Notes: generated by a model not told the origin, from the sequence alone. A stretch of DNA of 64,000 nucleotides from Chrysomallon squamiferum (GCA_012295275.1 CM022671.1:25172001-25236000), one strand, 5' to 3'. Shown: positions 27,321 through 40,366, counted from the first letter of the stretch. Made by a program: numbers and translations.

Positions 27321-28196
27321 AGGTACTTAGGTATGAGGTAGATAGACAGACAGATATGTAAAGCGAAAGACAGAGACAGGGACAAACAGAGACAGTCACA
27401 AGCCCACAGACATACATACAGACAGACTGATAGATGGTAGGTGAACATGGATAGATACAAGGGACAAATGAATTTATTGTTTTTATAACAATTGGATATA
27501 GAGACAGAAAATGTTTTCGTATTTTTTATTCTTTAAATCTGACCATACAGTAGCGATATAATCAAAACATCTTCTTTTAAATTAATTTTATTAAATGTAC
27601 TACTACTACAACTACTCTTGCTGCGATTGCTACTACTACTACTACTACTACTACTACTGTTACTGTTACTAATACTATTGCTGTTGTTATTACTGTCAAC
27701 AAATTGGCAATGGAACAATTAGACCTCGCAAGATCAGAACTTGAAATGTTTTTATTTTCATTCACAAAAACCACACGATGTAAATAAATCGACAGAATTT
27801 ACTTTGACGTCAACATCAACTTACAAGTGCCAAACTGTCTTCTCGGGTATGTAATTTCTACTTAGTGCCGGCGTAGTAGAAATCGATCATTTTGGTTGTA
27901 GCATTGATATTTTCCTCTTTACAGGCATAAACTGTCCAATCAAAATAAATCTTTCATAATGAAGGAGTCATCTTCACTCGTTAGGTTAGATAATCGTCGA
28001 GTGGAAGCCTCCAGTTACTAGAGTCACGCCATTAGTGCTGTCATGTTGTTTTTTCACTCCACCAGTCGTGTCCTTGGAGACGTAGTCCGCTTGCACTGAG
28101 AAAGCTAAGCTCGGTAAGTGACCATTGACATATATCATCTATACCGCAATACCTGTTCAGTTACAATTATATTTCTTATTATTATTCTTGATCTTT

Positions 28197-28271
28197 AACT
28201 TCTGCTTCGTCTTCTTCTGTTTCTTCTTCTTCTTCTTCTTCTTCTTCTTCTTCTTCGTCTTCTTCTTCTTC

Positions 28272-28324
<53 letters not shown>

Positions 28325-28389
28325 GGAATTCTTCTTCTTCTTCATCTTCTTCTTCCTCTTCTTCTTCGTCTTCTTCTTCCTCTTTTTCT

Positions 28390-28430
<41 letters not shown>

Positions 28431-28496
28431 TTATTATTATTATTATTATTATTGGAATTCTTCTTCTTCTTCTTCACCTTCTGCTTCTGTTTCTTT
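28197..28496. repeat. compound (TTC)n/(TTA)n microsatellite with higher-order duplication
   Basis: Pattern (TTC)n-(TTA)n-TTGGAA-(TTC)n-(TTA)n-TTGGAA-(TTC)n read directly from the sequence. Confidence 0.9.
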
Positions 28497-30463
28497 TTGT
28501 TGATCTTAGAGCTATTATTCCTCCACTGCTACTACTACTAATAATTATTAGTTATTATTGTTGTTGTTGTTACTGTTGTTATCGTCATTATCTGTATTGT
28601 CATGCTTAGTTAATAATGCTATATGCTCTGTTACTAAATTCACTACTAGATTTAAAATAAAGTGTTCATTATATTCAAATGACCTGATGCAAATAGTAAA
28701 TCAAGTTGCTGGCATGAATAATTAGGTTTCTAAATCTAAAATCAATTGATCATAAAAAAGCAAAGAAAAAAGTGCAGCTAGACATTTATTTTTGTAACAC
28801 CAGACAGTGCATTCATAACAGACGATTGTGGGGGAGTGTTTTGTTTTGTCTTCTTCTTTTTTTACTTTTTACTTCAAGTCAAATGTATCTGTCTCTTCTG
28901 GTTTATCTAAAATATAAAAGAAAATGAAATAAGTTAATTTTGCAAGCGAAACATTAATTGGTAAAACCACATGTACGAAGTCAATTATCATTTCTTTCGG
29001 CTTTAGTCTTTCGTTCTTTCTGGTTTATTTTTTGAAACCATCGTTATTCCAACGACAATATCATAGCACGTATTAATACATATGTACCATAATATGATTT
29101 ATGAAAAATTCCATTATTTTTTCAGCAATAGTACGATGAATAAATAACCGCTGTTAAGAGCTATATATTACAAATTGTTTTCTAAACAGTTTTAAACTGC
29201 TGTACAGTCTACGATTTACAGTGATATATTTTAAATTTGCAATTATTCTTTTAATTATCTATTCTTGAAAACAAAATTAATTTCTCTTAGCAGGTTTCGC
29301 ATCGAGTATTTTTATATTCAGGAAATAAAAGTAAATATTTTACTGTATATTAGAAACAAATCTTTTTCATGTGTAGCAGAATTCTTTTATATTCATTCAT
29401 TTTTTCAGGTTTGACATAGTGCTCTGATCTAACGAAGACAGTTATGTGTACAAAATTATGTTAAACGTGATTGTGTAAATATATAAATAAATATCCCGTT
29501 TAATTATGTTCTAAATTTTATGAAAATATCTTTTATAAATGCTAATAGTCTAAGAATAAATATTGTTCTTCGTCTGTTGAAAACACTGTATTAAGTAACC
29601 AGTATAATAAGTAAAGATGATATTAAAGTGTTTAATTCTTGGTGTGACGTGAAAAGGTCCTCTCTACTCTCGGTTATCTCTTCGAATCGCCTGTATCATT
29701 TAGCTTAGAACAGTTTTAATTATTTTTAAATATACTTGTGATAGAAATAAATAGAGTCGATTAATTACATTTATTTCATGTTTCTTTTACATTTAAAAAC
29801 AGCTTTTACCAATAATAAATCGTATCAAAAACGAAAAAATTCCTGCGAAGAGGGCCTACAGGCTATACCATGTTACCTTTTTCTAAATGTCATGTCTACA
29901 TGGATCCGTAAAGAAAACCAAACATTAAGTGACAGAATGGCTAAATTATCCACTTTATTATTATTATTATTATTATTAGAAAGTTCAAATTTGTTTTTGA
30001 TTTCAGTAATGGTTTCAAATAAAACTTTCTAAAAAAAAGTCCTTTATCCAGTCAATTTAACGCAATTGTTCCGTTTCTGAGTTCAGTCTGGTATATGTAA
30101 TTGCTCAAATCTGCGTGAGTATGGGTGCATTTGTACTGAAGTCTTCCACTTTTTTTCATACAAAATGTATCTGTTCAATCAACCAAATTAATATATCACA
30201 TCCTTCCATGCTCTTAGGCCTGCTGTGGACAAATTATACGATTTCTCTAATGTCAAAGAGAAGACTACTCCATAGGTATATATGTATGTACGAATGTATG
30301 AATGTATGTTTTTTATGTATGTATGTATGTATGTATGTATCTATGTATTTGTGCAAGTGTGTGTATGTGTTTGTATGAGTGTATATATATGTACGTGTGT
30401 ATGTATGATGTATGTATGTGTGTATGTAGGTATCTATGTGTACAAGTGTGCTTTAATATATAT

Positions 30464-30465
<2 letters not shown>

Positions 30466-30556
<91 letters not shown>
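30466..30556. repeat. (GA)n microsatellite; similar runs at ~21724-21793, 31474-31528, 37330-37414, 37763-37822
   Basis: Directly visible dinucleotide runs. Confidence 0.95.
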
Positions 30557-30557
<1 letters not shown>

Positions 30558-31005
30558 TAATTAAAAAATAAAAGATTACAGAAAAAAAAAATCGTTTATA
30601 ATCATCTCTGTCACCTTGAATTCGTACTGTGTACAGTAATTCGGTCAAATACCTGCTGACCACGTTGAAGACAAGTTAAAATGACTTAAAAACACGAAAA
30701 CATTTCAAAAGCAAATTGTAGACCAGGGAATAAATTAATTCCCAGATAAGACATTTAATTTGTGTTAATACAGAAATAAGATATTTCGATTACAAACAAA
30801 AAGGTAAATAGTGTATCGTTAATGTCACGAGAAAATAATCCGAGAGTACTTTGAACGCTTTAATTATAAATATCAGTTGTCATTTTCATCATTTTGATCA
30901 ACATCATCAACATTATTTAATTATTATCATCGACAACAGATAAATCTTCATCATGATCATCATCATAGTTATATCAACAAAATATTATTATTGGTGGTGT
31001 TGTTG

Positions 31006-31061
<56 letters not shown>

Positions 31062-31469
31062 GAATGAAAAAGTCCTGTTCAAATACTGTTATTTGAAAAT
31101 ATGAAAAGTTTTATTTTTTTTATTTACTTACTTATCTATTTATTTATTTATATATTGTGACTTACATATATGACAATTTGTAAATGACGTTTTACTTTAC
31201 AACAAATTACCTATACTCTCACATTATAAAAAAAAAAAAATTTTCAGCATTTTATTTATTTTTAATGACAGTAATTTACTAAATTAGATTTATACTGAAA
31301 AGTCAAAAATGTGTGTTAAGGACTCAAATTATCAAGATTGCGAGATAAAGTACTTTTTTAATGGTATTATCTTATATTATATTATACACGTATTATATTA
31401 TATTATATTATATTATATTATATTATATTATATTATATTATATTACATCGTTTTAATTCCATTTTACAC

Positions 31470-31563
<94 letters not shown>

Positions 31564-32862
31564 CACTCCAGTTTAAAATATTTTTTTTCTTTTTTTGCAA
31601 TACACATAATGAAATAAATATCAGAAGATACATAAGAAAATTTAGCAAATTTGCAGAATCAGAATCCTAACACTCTTATTCTTTTATTAAACCTAACCAG
31701 ACTGAACAAAATTGTATTCATATTTATAAATGGTTACCAAAGATTAGGCGTATATAGTATCTGTTTCACTAATTAAGCTTATTTAAACAAAATTTCTAAC
31801 AACATTCAGTGTCGATCTGTAGTACCTTTATACGTCAATTAAACAAAAGATCGAAGTAATTGCAATGTCACTGCCTAAGTAATTTGAACAATCAGGTAAG
31901 TATTTGCTTCTACCATAATCGTTTGAGACTCAGCATTTCAGTTATACATTTATCTATAACTTCCACCTGCACTGAATTTGAAAGAAAAAAATATGACGAT
32001 TCCAAACTCTTAAAAAAAAAAAAAAAAAAAAAACATTCATCCCACATTAAAATCGATACCGTGTTAAATTTAATTTGCTATCAAATATTCTAAACAAAAA
32101 TTTACATTGAAATAGAATTATCAGTTTAAAATCATGTAATAAAAATTAAACCGAAATATTTATTGCACAGTTGCAGAAATATATTTCTGTAATATACTAA
32201 ACAAAAGCATTGGTCATTGGATTTTATACCGTTACGGCACTTATTGATTGTTTTTCGTGTCCATGAGAATGTAAAAGATTTCTTGCTTAATCTACAACGT
32301 AGACGCGTGAAGAGTGTTATCAGTTATTCATAGGGTGGCCCAGTGGTCGTTTCAGCGATATTAATTCATGTAAAATTTGTTTTTGTTTTTTTTCTTGCAG
32401 CTAACGAGTTGTATGCAGGTGGGTTTTCATGTTTCCTATTATTAATAGGTTTCACAACTAATAACTACTTGTATTATAATATGCGAAAAATGTCGTTTTT
32501 TGAATTTTGTCTTAAAATAATTACTTGCAATTTATTTTTTTTTTTTTTTTTTTTTTTTTTGCCAGCTACTCACAAGAAAAACATGTACATATGAGCAAAC
32601 GATTTTATTTATTTTTTATTTTTTATTAAACTGAGTTTTTCCTGAGTTTTTCATCTTAACAGATGTATCTTTTTTATCAGACATCAGACAAACTTTTAAA
32701 GCCCCCAAAATATAGATTTTATTATTATTATTATTATTATTATTTATGTATTTATTTATTTACATGTCTAAATATTAGAAATGCCAAGACTCTTAAGATG
32801 TCGATGTTTTTAAAGTTACAATACGTTTTCTACATTCTTAAAGAATCTTGCCTTAGTTTTAT

Positions 32863-32894
<32 letters not shown>

Positions 32895-33006
32895 TTATTA
32901 ACAACAGTTTAGTTTTGAATCCTAAAAATTCTCCTATTAGAATAATCAAAGACTATAATCATCCTTTTAATTATCTTTTTTCTATTTCAGACAGAACTGT
33001 GTTGTC

Positions 33007-34050
33007 ATGAATCAAACGCCAGCCGTAAATTCGTCGGAGTTAAATACCCTTCATAATATTAGAGGAGTAGACCTATTCCGTATTTTCATAATCGCTTCTG
33101 TCGCTCTAGGGCTGTTGCTAAATATCCTTGCCTTAGTAAGTTTTACAAACGTTAAGAAAAGCGGACATGCTGTGTGCGTTATGGGACTTACTTCCGGTAA
33201 CATATCGTCGTGTTTTTCCGTGTTACTCTTATTTCCGTTTGTTGTTCTCAAAACGTACAGCATGTTAGCGTCTCTGCTTCTCACAAACTTGCTGGCGTCG
33301 TACATGGTTTCCATTATGAACATTCTATGCATCAGTGTAGGCCGCCTTGTTGCGGTGGCACTGCCTCTTCGCTACAGTAAACTTTTCTCCGTGAAAAGAA
33401 TGACGGTAACTGTTGTTTCTCTCTGGGTTTCGTCGTTTGTAATTCACGCCATTATTGCTCTAACGGTCATCGACATATTCACGTCGGCCGACATAGGACA
33501 CGCAATGTCGGTGAAATTCCGGCCATTTTTGCTAACGTACGGTTCAGTTGGGTTGTTTGCGACGGTGATTGTTTACGGGAGTATAGTAGTGTGCTTGCTG
33601 AGAAAACACCTTGCCTCTTCTAACACTGTTAATGTGGTTTCAGTTCACGCTTCTACTATCGAACTAGACAATCTGAGCAATCAGCCGGCATCCCGAAGCA
33701 ACAGCTCATCACCAACGAAACCATCTCCGTCACGACATCTGCTTGTTTCCCAAGGCACCCGAACAAACGCTGCTTCCAGGCCTAAAGGCGTTTCTCACCT
33801 GACCACAAAACGAGCCGTAGCAAAGCTGGGGACTCTGCTCCTCGTCCACGTCACTTCAGGGACGATAAGTCTCGTTTCTTCCGGAATGATGGGCGACAAC
33901 CTGATGTCGAATCCTCACACGTTTGGACTGACTGTTTTTACAATGAGCGTCTCTTCGATATTCGATTCAGTGTATTACGTTGCTACGTTTCTAGACCTCA
34001 GAAACGGACTCAAGAAGTGTTTGGGTCTTTTATTTGCTCACAAACAATAA
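33007..34050 (+). CDS. orphan rhodopsin-like (class A) 7TM GPCR, paralog of 20433-21464, 347 aa
   Basis: Colinear with the first receptor. Shared blocks KKSGH.VCVMGLTSGNIS, LLASYMVS..NILCISVGRLVAV.LPLRYSKLFSV, GHAMSVKFRPFLLTYG.VGLFATV, TTKRAVAKLG, VHVTSGTI, PHTFG. Acceptor 'tctatttcag' at 32990 lies 16 nt before the ATG. Confidence 0.9.
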   Translation: MNQTPAVNSSELNTLHNIRGVDLFRIFIIASVALGLLLNILALVSFTNVKKSGHAVCVMGLTSGNISSCFSVLLLFPFVVLKTYSMLASLLLTNLLASYMVSIMNILCISVGRLVAVALPLRYSKLFSVKRMTVTVVSLWVSSFVIHAIIALTVIDIFTSADIGHAMSVKFRPFLLTYGSVGLFATVIVYGSIVVCLLRKHLASSNTVNVVSVHASTIELDNLSNQPASRSNSSSPTKPSPSRHLLVSQGTRTNAASRPKGVSHLTTKRAVAKLGTLLLVHVTSGTISLVSSGMMGDNLMSNPHTFGLTVFTMSVSSIFDSVYYVATFLDLRNGLKKCLGLLFAHKQ

Positions 34051-34666
34051 TGTATTTATTGTGTTCATTGGATATATAAACAGCACTGTGGACAGACGTT
34101 CAATGCCAGCTGCCATCTGAACATATATATAAACTTCAGTTTTGCGACAAACCCCCACCAGAACAGCCTATTATGAACTGTGTGAAAAAATTGCTAATAT
34201 ATTTTATGAGACAGAGATAAGATATAGACTATATAGACTATTTTATTAATTATTTTAATATATTTAAAAAACTGTATTACGTCTCTTTTCATTCAATGTT
34301 CTAGTTTCAATATATAATTTACTTTAATACCAAAGAGACGGTTGTGATATAGTGAGGCATTACGTATTCTTCAAGAAAAAGGATTTCAAGCATTCATTAC
34401 AAAAATAAAAATAAATGACTACCGGCAAAAATAAATAAATAAATAAAATAAAGTAATAAAATATCAAATAACAATTATACCCACGTCTTTCTGCAGACGA
34501 GTGTTTAATTATTTTATTTTGTCATACCAGCATACATACATACGTACATACACACACGTACATACGTACGTACGTATATACATACATACAAACATACAAA
34601 CGTACATACATACATACATACATACATACATACATACATACATACATGCACATACATGTATACATA

Positions 34667-35950
34667 TGCACACTAACATAAACACCGACGTGAGCATAGA
34701 ATCTCTTGAGGGAGCGTTCGAAAAATATCCAGATACAGACAGACCAATACATTACTGAATTGCTTGAATTAAGCTTAAACGGTAAGGACTTTGAATCTGA
34801 CGGGGAAATGTATCAGCAGGTCTGTGGTTACGCCATGGATAAACGTTTCACTTCAAATTTTGCCTCCATTTATATCGCAGAATGGGAAGAAGCGGCATTA
34901 GAGAAAGCAACACAGAAGATATATCTCAGATATTTAGATGACATTTTTATTATTTGGCAACATTCTACAAGACGAACTTTTTTGGATTATTAAATCAACA
35001 AAATGATAATGTAAAGCCATAATTTCAGATGAATCTGTTGATTTATTGGATGTAACAATTTACAAAGGTATACAGTTTGAAAAATCTAATTATTTACACT
35101 ATAAAGTATGTTTTAAGCCCACGGACACCCACTAACCGCTGCTTTATAAATCATTTCATCCCCATCATACATTTAAAGGTATGGTTGAATCTCAAATCAT
35201 TAGGCTCCGCCGAAATTCGAGTAGCAAAGAAAATTTTAATTATGCCAGTTCAATTTTATTTTGCGCTCGGAAATCGGAAGGTTATTCAAAACGAGTTCTA
35301 CGGAAAATTAAATGTCAAATCGTCAGAGAATTAGAAAAAACCTTTGGATCCAACAGACACATTTAAATCATACTGAGTCCAATATAATATTCCACCTCAC
35401 TTGGGTGCCGGATCTACAACGATCTTCAAAAAGACCAGATGTAGGCTTCACGACATAATAAAATCTAAGTCTACATTCAGTAGCGAACAAACCAAATCTG
35501 AATATCCTAGACTGTGATTACAAAAATGTTGCGTATTTGATAATATGCAACTTATGTATATCGGCCAAACACAAAATATATTACGAGTTCGAACTGTTTG
35601 TCACAAATACGATATTAGGCATGAAGTTGGCAGTCCTGTCGCCAAACATTTTGACCCACCTATGAAATAATCCCGATAGAGCAAACGCCCATTCTCGATT
35701 CAAAAACTGAAACTTATCTTTTTACACTCGAACTAGAAGCTTTTTGGATCGCACATTACAAACAAAAAAATGTTTGGAATAAATGGTGAATCCGGCAAAC
35801 GTAAAGAGAGAGATAAAATAATTTTCCCAAACCGTTGACATTGGTAAAATTATGAACGAACAATATTTTAACTTACAGACTACTATGAAAACTCCAATAA
35901 CAGCACGTCACGTCATAGCTTACAGGAAAATCCCAATTCTGAAGGAATCT
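34667..35950 (+). mobile_element. decayed, 5'-truncated Penelope-like retroelement (RT plus GIY-YIG endonuclease), with frameshifts and stops
   Basis: RT fragments MHTNI (the SLYTNI motif), YQQVCGYAM, YLRYLDDIFIIW, VDLLDVTIYKG, KPTDTH, SFHPHHTFKGMVESQIIR. A downstream GIY-YIG remnant reads NVAYLIICN / YIGQTQNILRVR...H...SPVAKHF (~35525-35652) and LEAFWI. Confidence 0.88.
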
Positions 35951-37317
35951 ACGGGATTTTCTGAATAATATGCATGTATAAAATTATGTTTCCAAAGGAT
36001 CTACGAATTAATTCAATAAAAGGTACGGAAATGTTTTAAAATCTTTTCAAAGGATATGATATTTTTTCCGAAATATTTGGAATTTTCTTTTTTTCTGAAA
36101 TGTTACACATTTTTTATCTTCTAAATAATATTTGAAACAGTTTTAAATTGAATTTTTAAATATATTTTTCTTTCTAGAACTGTATTTGTATTAAAAAAAT
36201 ATATATATTTTACAGATTTTTTTGTAAAACATACTTTTTGAATAGTATTTGAAATAGTTTTGAATAGATTTAGAACTGTATTGTTTTGTTCGAGAAAGGT
36301 AATTTTAAGATTCTCTGATCGTTTTAGTATATAGTTTTAATAGGTTTTATGTATGTAAATAAATGTTTTAAAAACATGATAGCAAAATAATAAATATGTA
36401 GACAAAGGACAAAAGAATACTGTATTATACATTAAAACGGTCAATTCAAGTCAACTTGATACCTTAGAGATAAAATTGGAAAATATGTATTATTTTCAAT
36501 AATAAAAACAATTCTTGTGCCTGTACGTTTTTTAATTTTGTTTTTATGTGTGTGTCTGTGTGTGTGTTTGTGCATCTAAATGTATGTATGTGCATACGTG
36601 GCGATATAGGCATGTATAAAAATGCGTGTAAAAACAGGATAAAACAAAATAATCAAAATAACAAATATAACTCGGTATCTGATTTCATCTCTTGTCATTT
36701 TTATTCCGTGTTTAGACCCATATTTCCCTTCATACTGAAGTGTTTCCAAGTATTCTTCATTGATAATCCGCGGTTTTCTTAACAACACTCGAAGGCAGGA
36801 AGTAATTGTAAGAGAAATGATTCTGGTAAATACAGACGTGAACGTAAAAATCATCTTCAGTCTGTGTTTCCATCATGATTACTGAAAAACCACAAATTAC
36901 AGAGTGTGGTAGTTACTGGAATAAACATCAAAGATTTGTTCTCTTGCCGTAATTTGGAGAAATAACAGGTCAGGGCCGCTACTTTAGTTTCAGAAACAGG
37001 ATCTCGCCATCATTTTACTACATATCAGTTTTATATCTTTTAAGATGAAATGAATTTATTTTATTTTATTTTATTTTATTTCATTTCATTTTATTTTTTT
37101 TATTTTTATTATTTGTTTTGATTTATTATATTGTTTAGATTCTTTTATTTATTTCATTTTATTTAATTTAATTTTGTTTTATTTTGATTTGTTTTCTTTA
37201 TTTATTACACACAACACATAGACACGCAAAATGTCAAAATTTTATCATCACCTTCATCATCATTATTTGTCAAATTTCATCATTTCTAAGTTTGATTAAT
37301 TTCCTTTACACACACAT

Positions 37318-37420
<103 letters not shown>

Positions 37421-37760
37421 TAAAGCACGTTTTAGAACATCATCGATTCTATTACAAACACAGAGTGCACAGTAGATGTCAGATGTTACAAACTGTTATT
37501 TGAGCAGTAACTGTACACCATAGTTTACATTTTTTGTTGTTTTATTTGTTGTTGTTGGTTTTTTTTGTTATGTTTTTAATAGTTTTTACTCTTCAGATAT
37601 CTATCTTTCTATCTCTGTTTATCTATTTATCAGTCTGGCTCTTAACTATTTATCTATCTATCTGTTATTTTGTATATGGCGTAAATATGTTTAATATAGG
37701 ACTACGTTTTTTCCTCTGTACAAGACGATTAAAAAAGAAATAATAATAAATAAATAAAAA

Positions 37761-37819
<59 letters not shown>

Positions 37820-37825
<6 letters not shown>

Positions 37826-39467
37826 AATTGGATACTCGATGGATAATAAAGTTTTGACTGTCACAGCAATCAGATGAAGATCCTATTACAGTCATGAACT
37901 TCCAAGAAAAGGCAACGTGAATAGGTTATTACAATTGAAATTATCACGTAATTACGAATTATATCACTAAAATAGAAAGATGTGTTAGATAAACACATAC
38001 ACAGAAGCATACAGATATCTGATGACAAAGAGAAAGGTGAATTAAAATTGTGTAGGACTCATAAATATTTCAGTAAGTCAAGGTGAATAAATTAATATTA
38101 CATTTTCAGTGGTTATTTCCTTTTTGTATAATGAAAGAACATGCTATGTCGTAAAGAGGGGTCTTTTAATAGCACTTTTAATTGTGCTGGTTGGAATGGG
38201 AAATTCCACACATTTACAAATTATTCTTTAACTCACACACACGCGCGCGCGCTGAGATGGACGCACACGAAGGTAGTTTAGGAATTACTTCCACCATTAG
38301 TAAACAGTTCATCTGAAGCCTTAATTGTTGTCTTTGATTATACACACACTTGTGTAATAATATATATATATATATGTGTGTGTGTATATATATATATATA
38401 TAATATGGCCTGGTATATACAGCATCGTAACACAAAAAGTACACAAGATCGATCTTGATTATTTTCTCTAATTCATGGTGATGGTATCATATCGTACATT
38501 AGCATAATAACTAAAATGTAGAAAATTGGCCACAAAACATTATTCTCTCTTCTTCCATTTCAAGGCCTTAACAGGTGTAACTTTCCAAAGCTCGTTTTAT
38601 ATTTCCTAATAATGGACGTAATTTAATATAACCTTGAATTTTTTTTTATATGTATAAACAGGACCTTTGATTTTCATTGTCTATAGAATGGATATATATG
38701 TTACAAAATATAGCTTAATGGCTGTAAGATACGAACTATTTGGTTTGGGTATCCTATAATCATTAACAACGAAGTATGACAAAATCATAACACTGTTACA
38801 AAACATTCTTGTGACGCCAGTGCTAGAAGAAATCAGAAAAAATATATCCATTCTATAGACAATGAAAATCAAAGGTCCTGTTTATACATATAAACAAATT
38901 CAAGGTTATACTAAATTACATCCATTATTAGGAAATATAAAACGAGCTTTGAAAAGTTACACCTGGTGAATCCTTGAAACGGAAGAAGAGAGAATGGTGT
39001 TTTGTGGCCAATTCTCTCTATATATGACATCTACTAATGGTGGAAGTAATTCTTAAACTATATACGTGTGTGTTGTGTGCGTTAAAGAATAATTTGTAAA
39101 TGTGTGGTGTTTCCCATTCCAACAGCACCATTAAAAATGCTTATAAAAGACCTCTCTTTATGTCATAGCACGTTCTTTAGGAAAAAACCACTGAAAATGT
39201 AACATTAATTTATTCACCTTCACTTACTGAATAATTTATGAGTCCTACACAATTTTAATTCACCTTTCTCTTTGTCATAAGGTATCTGTATAGTGCTGTG
39301 TATTTTATTTTTCTATTTTAGTGATATAATTCGTAATTGCGTGATCATTTCAATTTTAATAACCTTTTCACGCTGACTTTTCTGGGAAGTTCATGACTGT
39401 AATAGGATCTTGATCTGATTGCTGTGACAGTGAAACTTTATTAAGCATCGAATATCCAATTAACAGA
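37820..39467. repeat. long imperfect inverted repeat (arms 37820-38697 and 38842-39467, 144-bp spacer)
   Basis: Outer ends 'tctgttaattggatactcgatg' vs 'catcgaatatccaattaacaga'. Inner ends 'gacctttgattttcattgtctatagaatggatatat' vs 'atatatccattctatagacaatgaaaatcaaaggtc'. The arms are colinear apart from ~210 bp extra in the left arm (~38303-38513) and small indels. Confidence 0.95.
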
Positions 39468-40366
39468 AATTCGTATTTTTGTTTGTTTTTATGCATGCTA
39501 CTTTAACAATAGAACATCTCAAGGATCATGGATACCGCTGTTGTGAAACTCTTGTCCGTCTCTTTTAACAACAGAGCACACTTTAGTCCTATACAACATT
39601 CAGAAATTTTAGTGCAGTTTGTAAGTAATTATTAATTTGTTATCTGGAGAAAGAAAAAACAAACAAGATACACAAATTCTGATTATACGATAGCCAACAA
39701 AGAAATTGTACTTTACTGGTTTAATGCTTACTGATATTGAAATTTTTAAAATCCTCACTTGTTACAATGTGGCTACATTATTATTTAAAACAAAGCAAAA
39801 AATACTGTAGAAATAATAAATTAATTAACTTGACCTACCAGTAATAACAAAAGCAGTTCAAAACATCCTTTATCATTTATTTACAAAGTTCTAAACAGAT
39901 GAACAGATTTTGCTGACAACATCAGTCAATTTAACATATAATGTGATCCATTCATTACATTTCCATACTTGATTTTTAATGGCATTATCTGCAATAACTG
40001 TTCATACTCATAATTCTGTTCCATTATAGAACTTAGCTGTTTTGTTTTTCAGAAACTTAAACGTACTCAGATCTGAACATGATATAGTAAAAAAAACATA
40101 TGAGCCTCCCGTATCACTTTTATTTCACGTATCAATATGCAAAGAAAACTGTGATGATTAAAACAAATAAAAACATTTTTAACTCAGTATTCTTTTCTGT
40201 TCAATCAGAATTAAATTCTTTCTCTGCCTTGTTCTTAGTGAAATTTCAGTTTTTTTGGTAAACATTAGAATCAGTCTAAGTATGGCTATTTCATGAATTT
40301 TAATTTGTTCTTTTATTCTTCTTTTCCTTTTTTTTTTTTTTTCCCCAGAGGGGTTTTCATTTAATT

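Noticed and set aside
28125-28541. 138-aa and 106-aa ORFs (poly-F/L, poly-K/N)
   Set aside because: Pure trinucleotide microsatellite translations with no coding signature.
30115-31648. ORFs with ERERER, LSLSLS and YVCM repeats (similar ones at 27080-27460, 34501-34758, 37184-37417)
   Set aside because: Artefacts of (GA)n, (TATG)n and (GATA)n repeats. Only the last ~30 codons of 34501-34758 belong to the Penelope remnant.
12300-34050. Hypothesis that the GPCRs are nested in a long first intron of TLCD3
   Set aside because: The TLCD3 first coding exon was found at 13045-12915, so the coding gene ends before the GPCRs.
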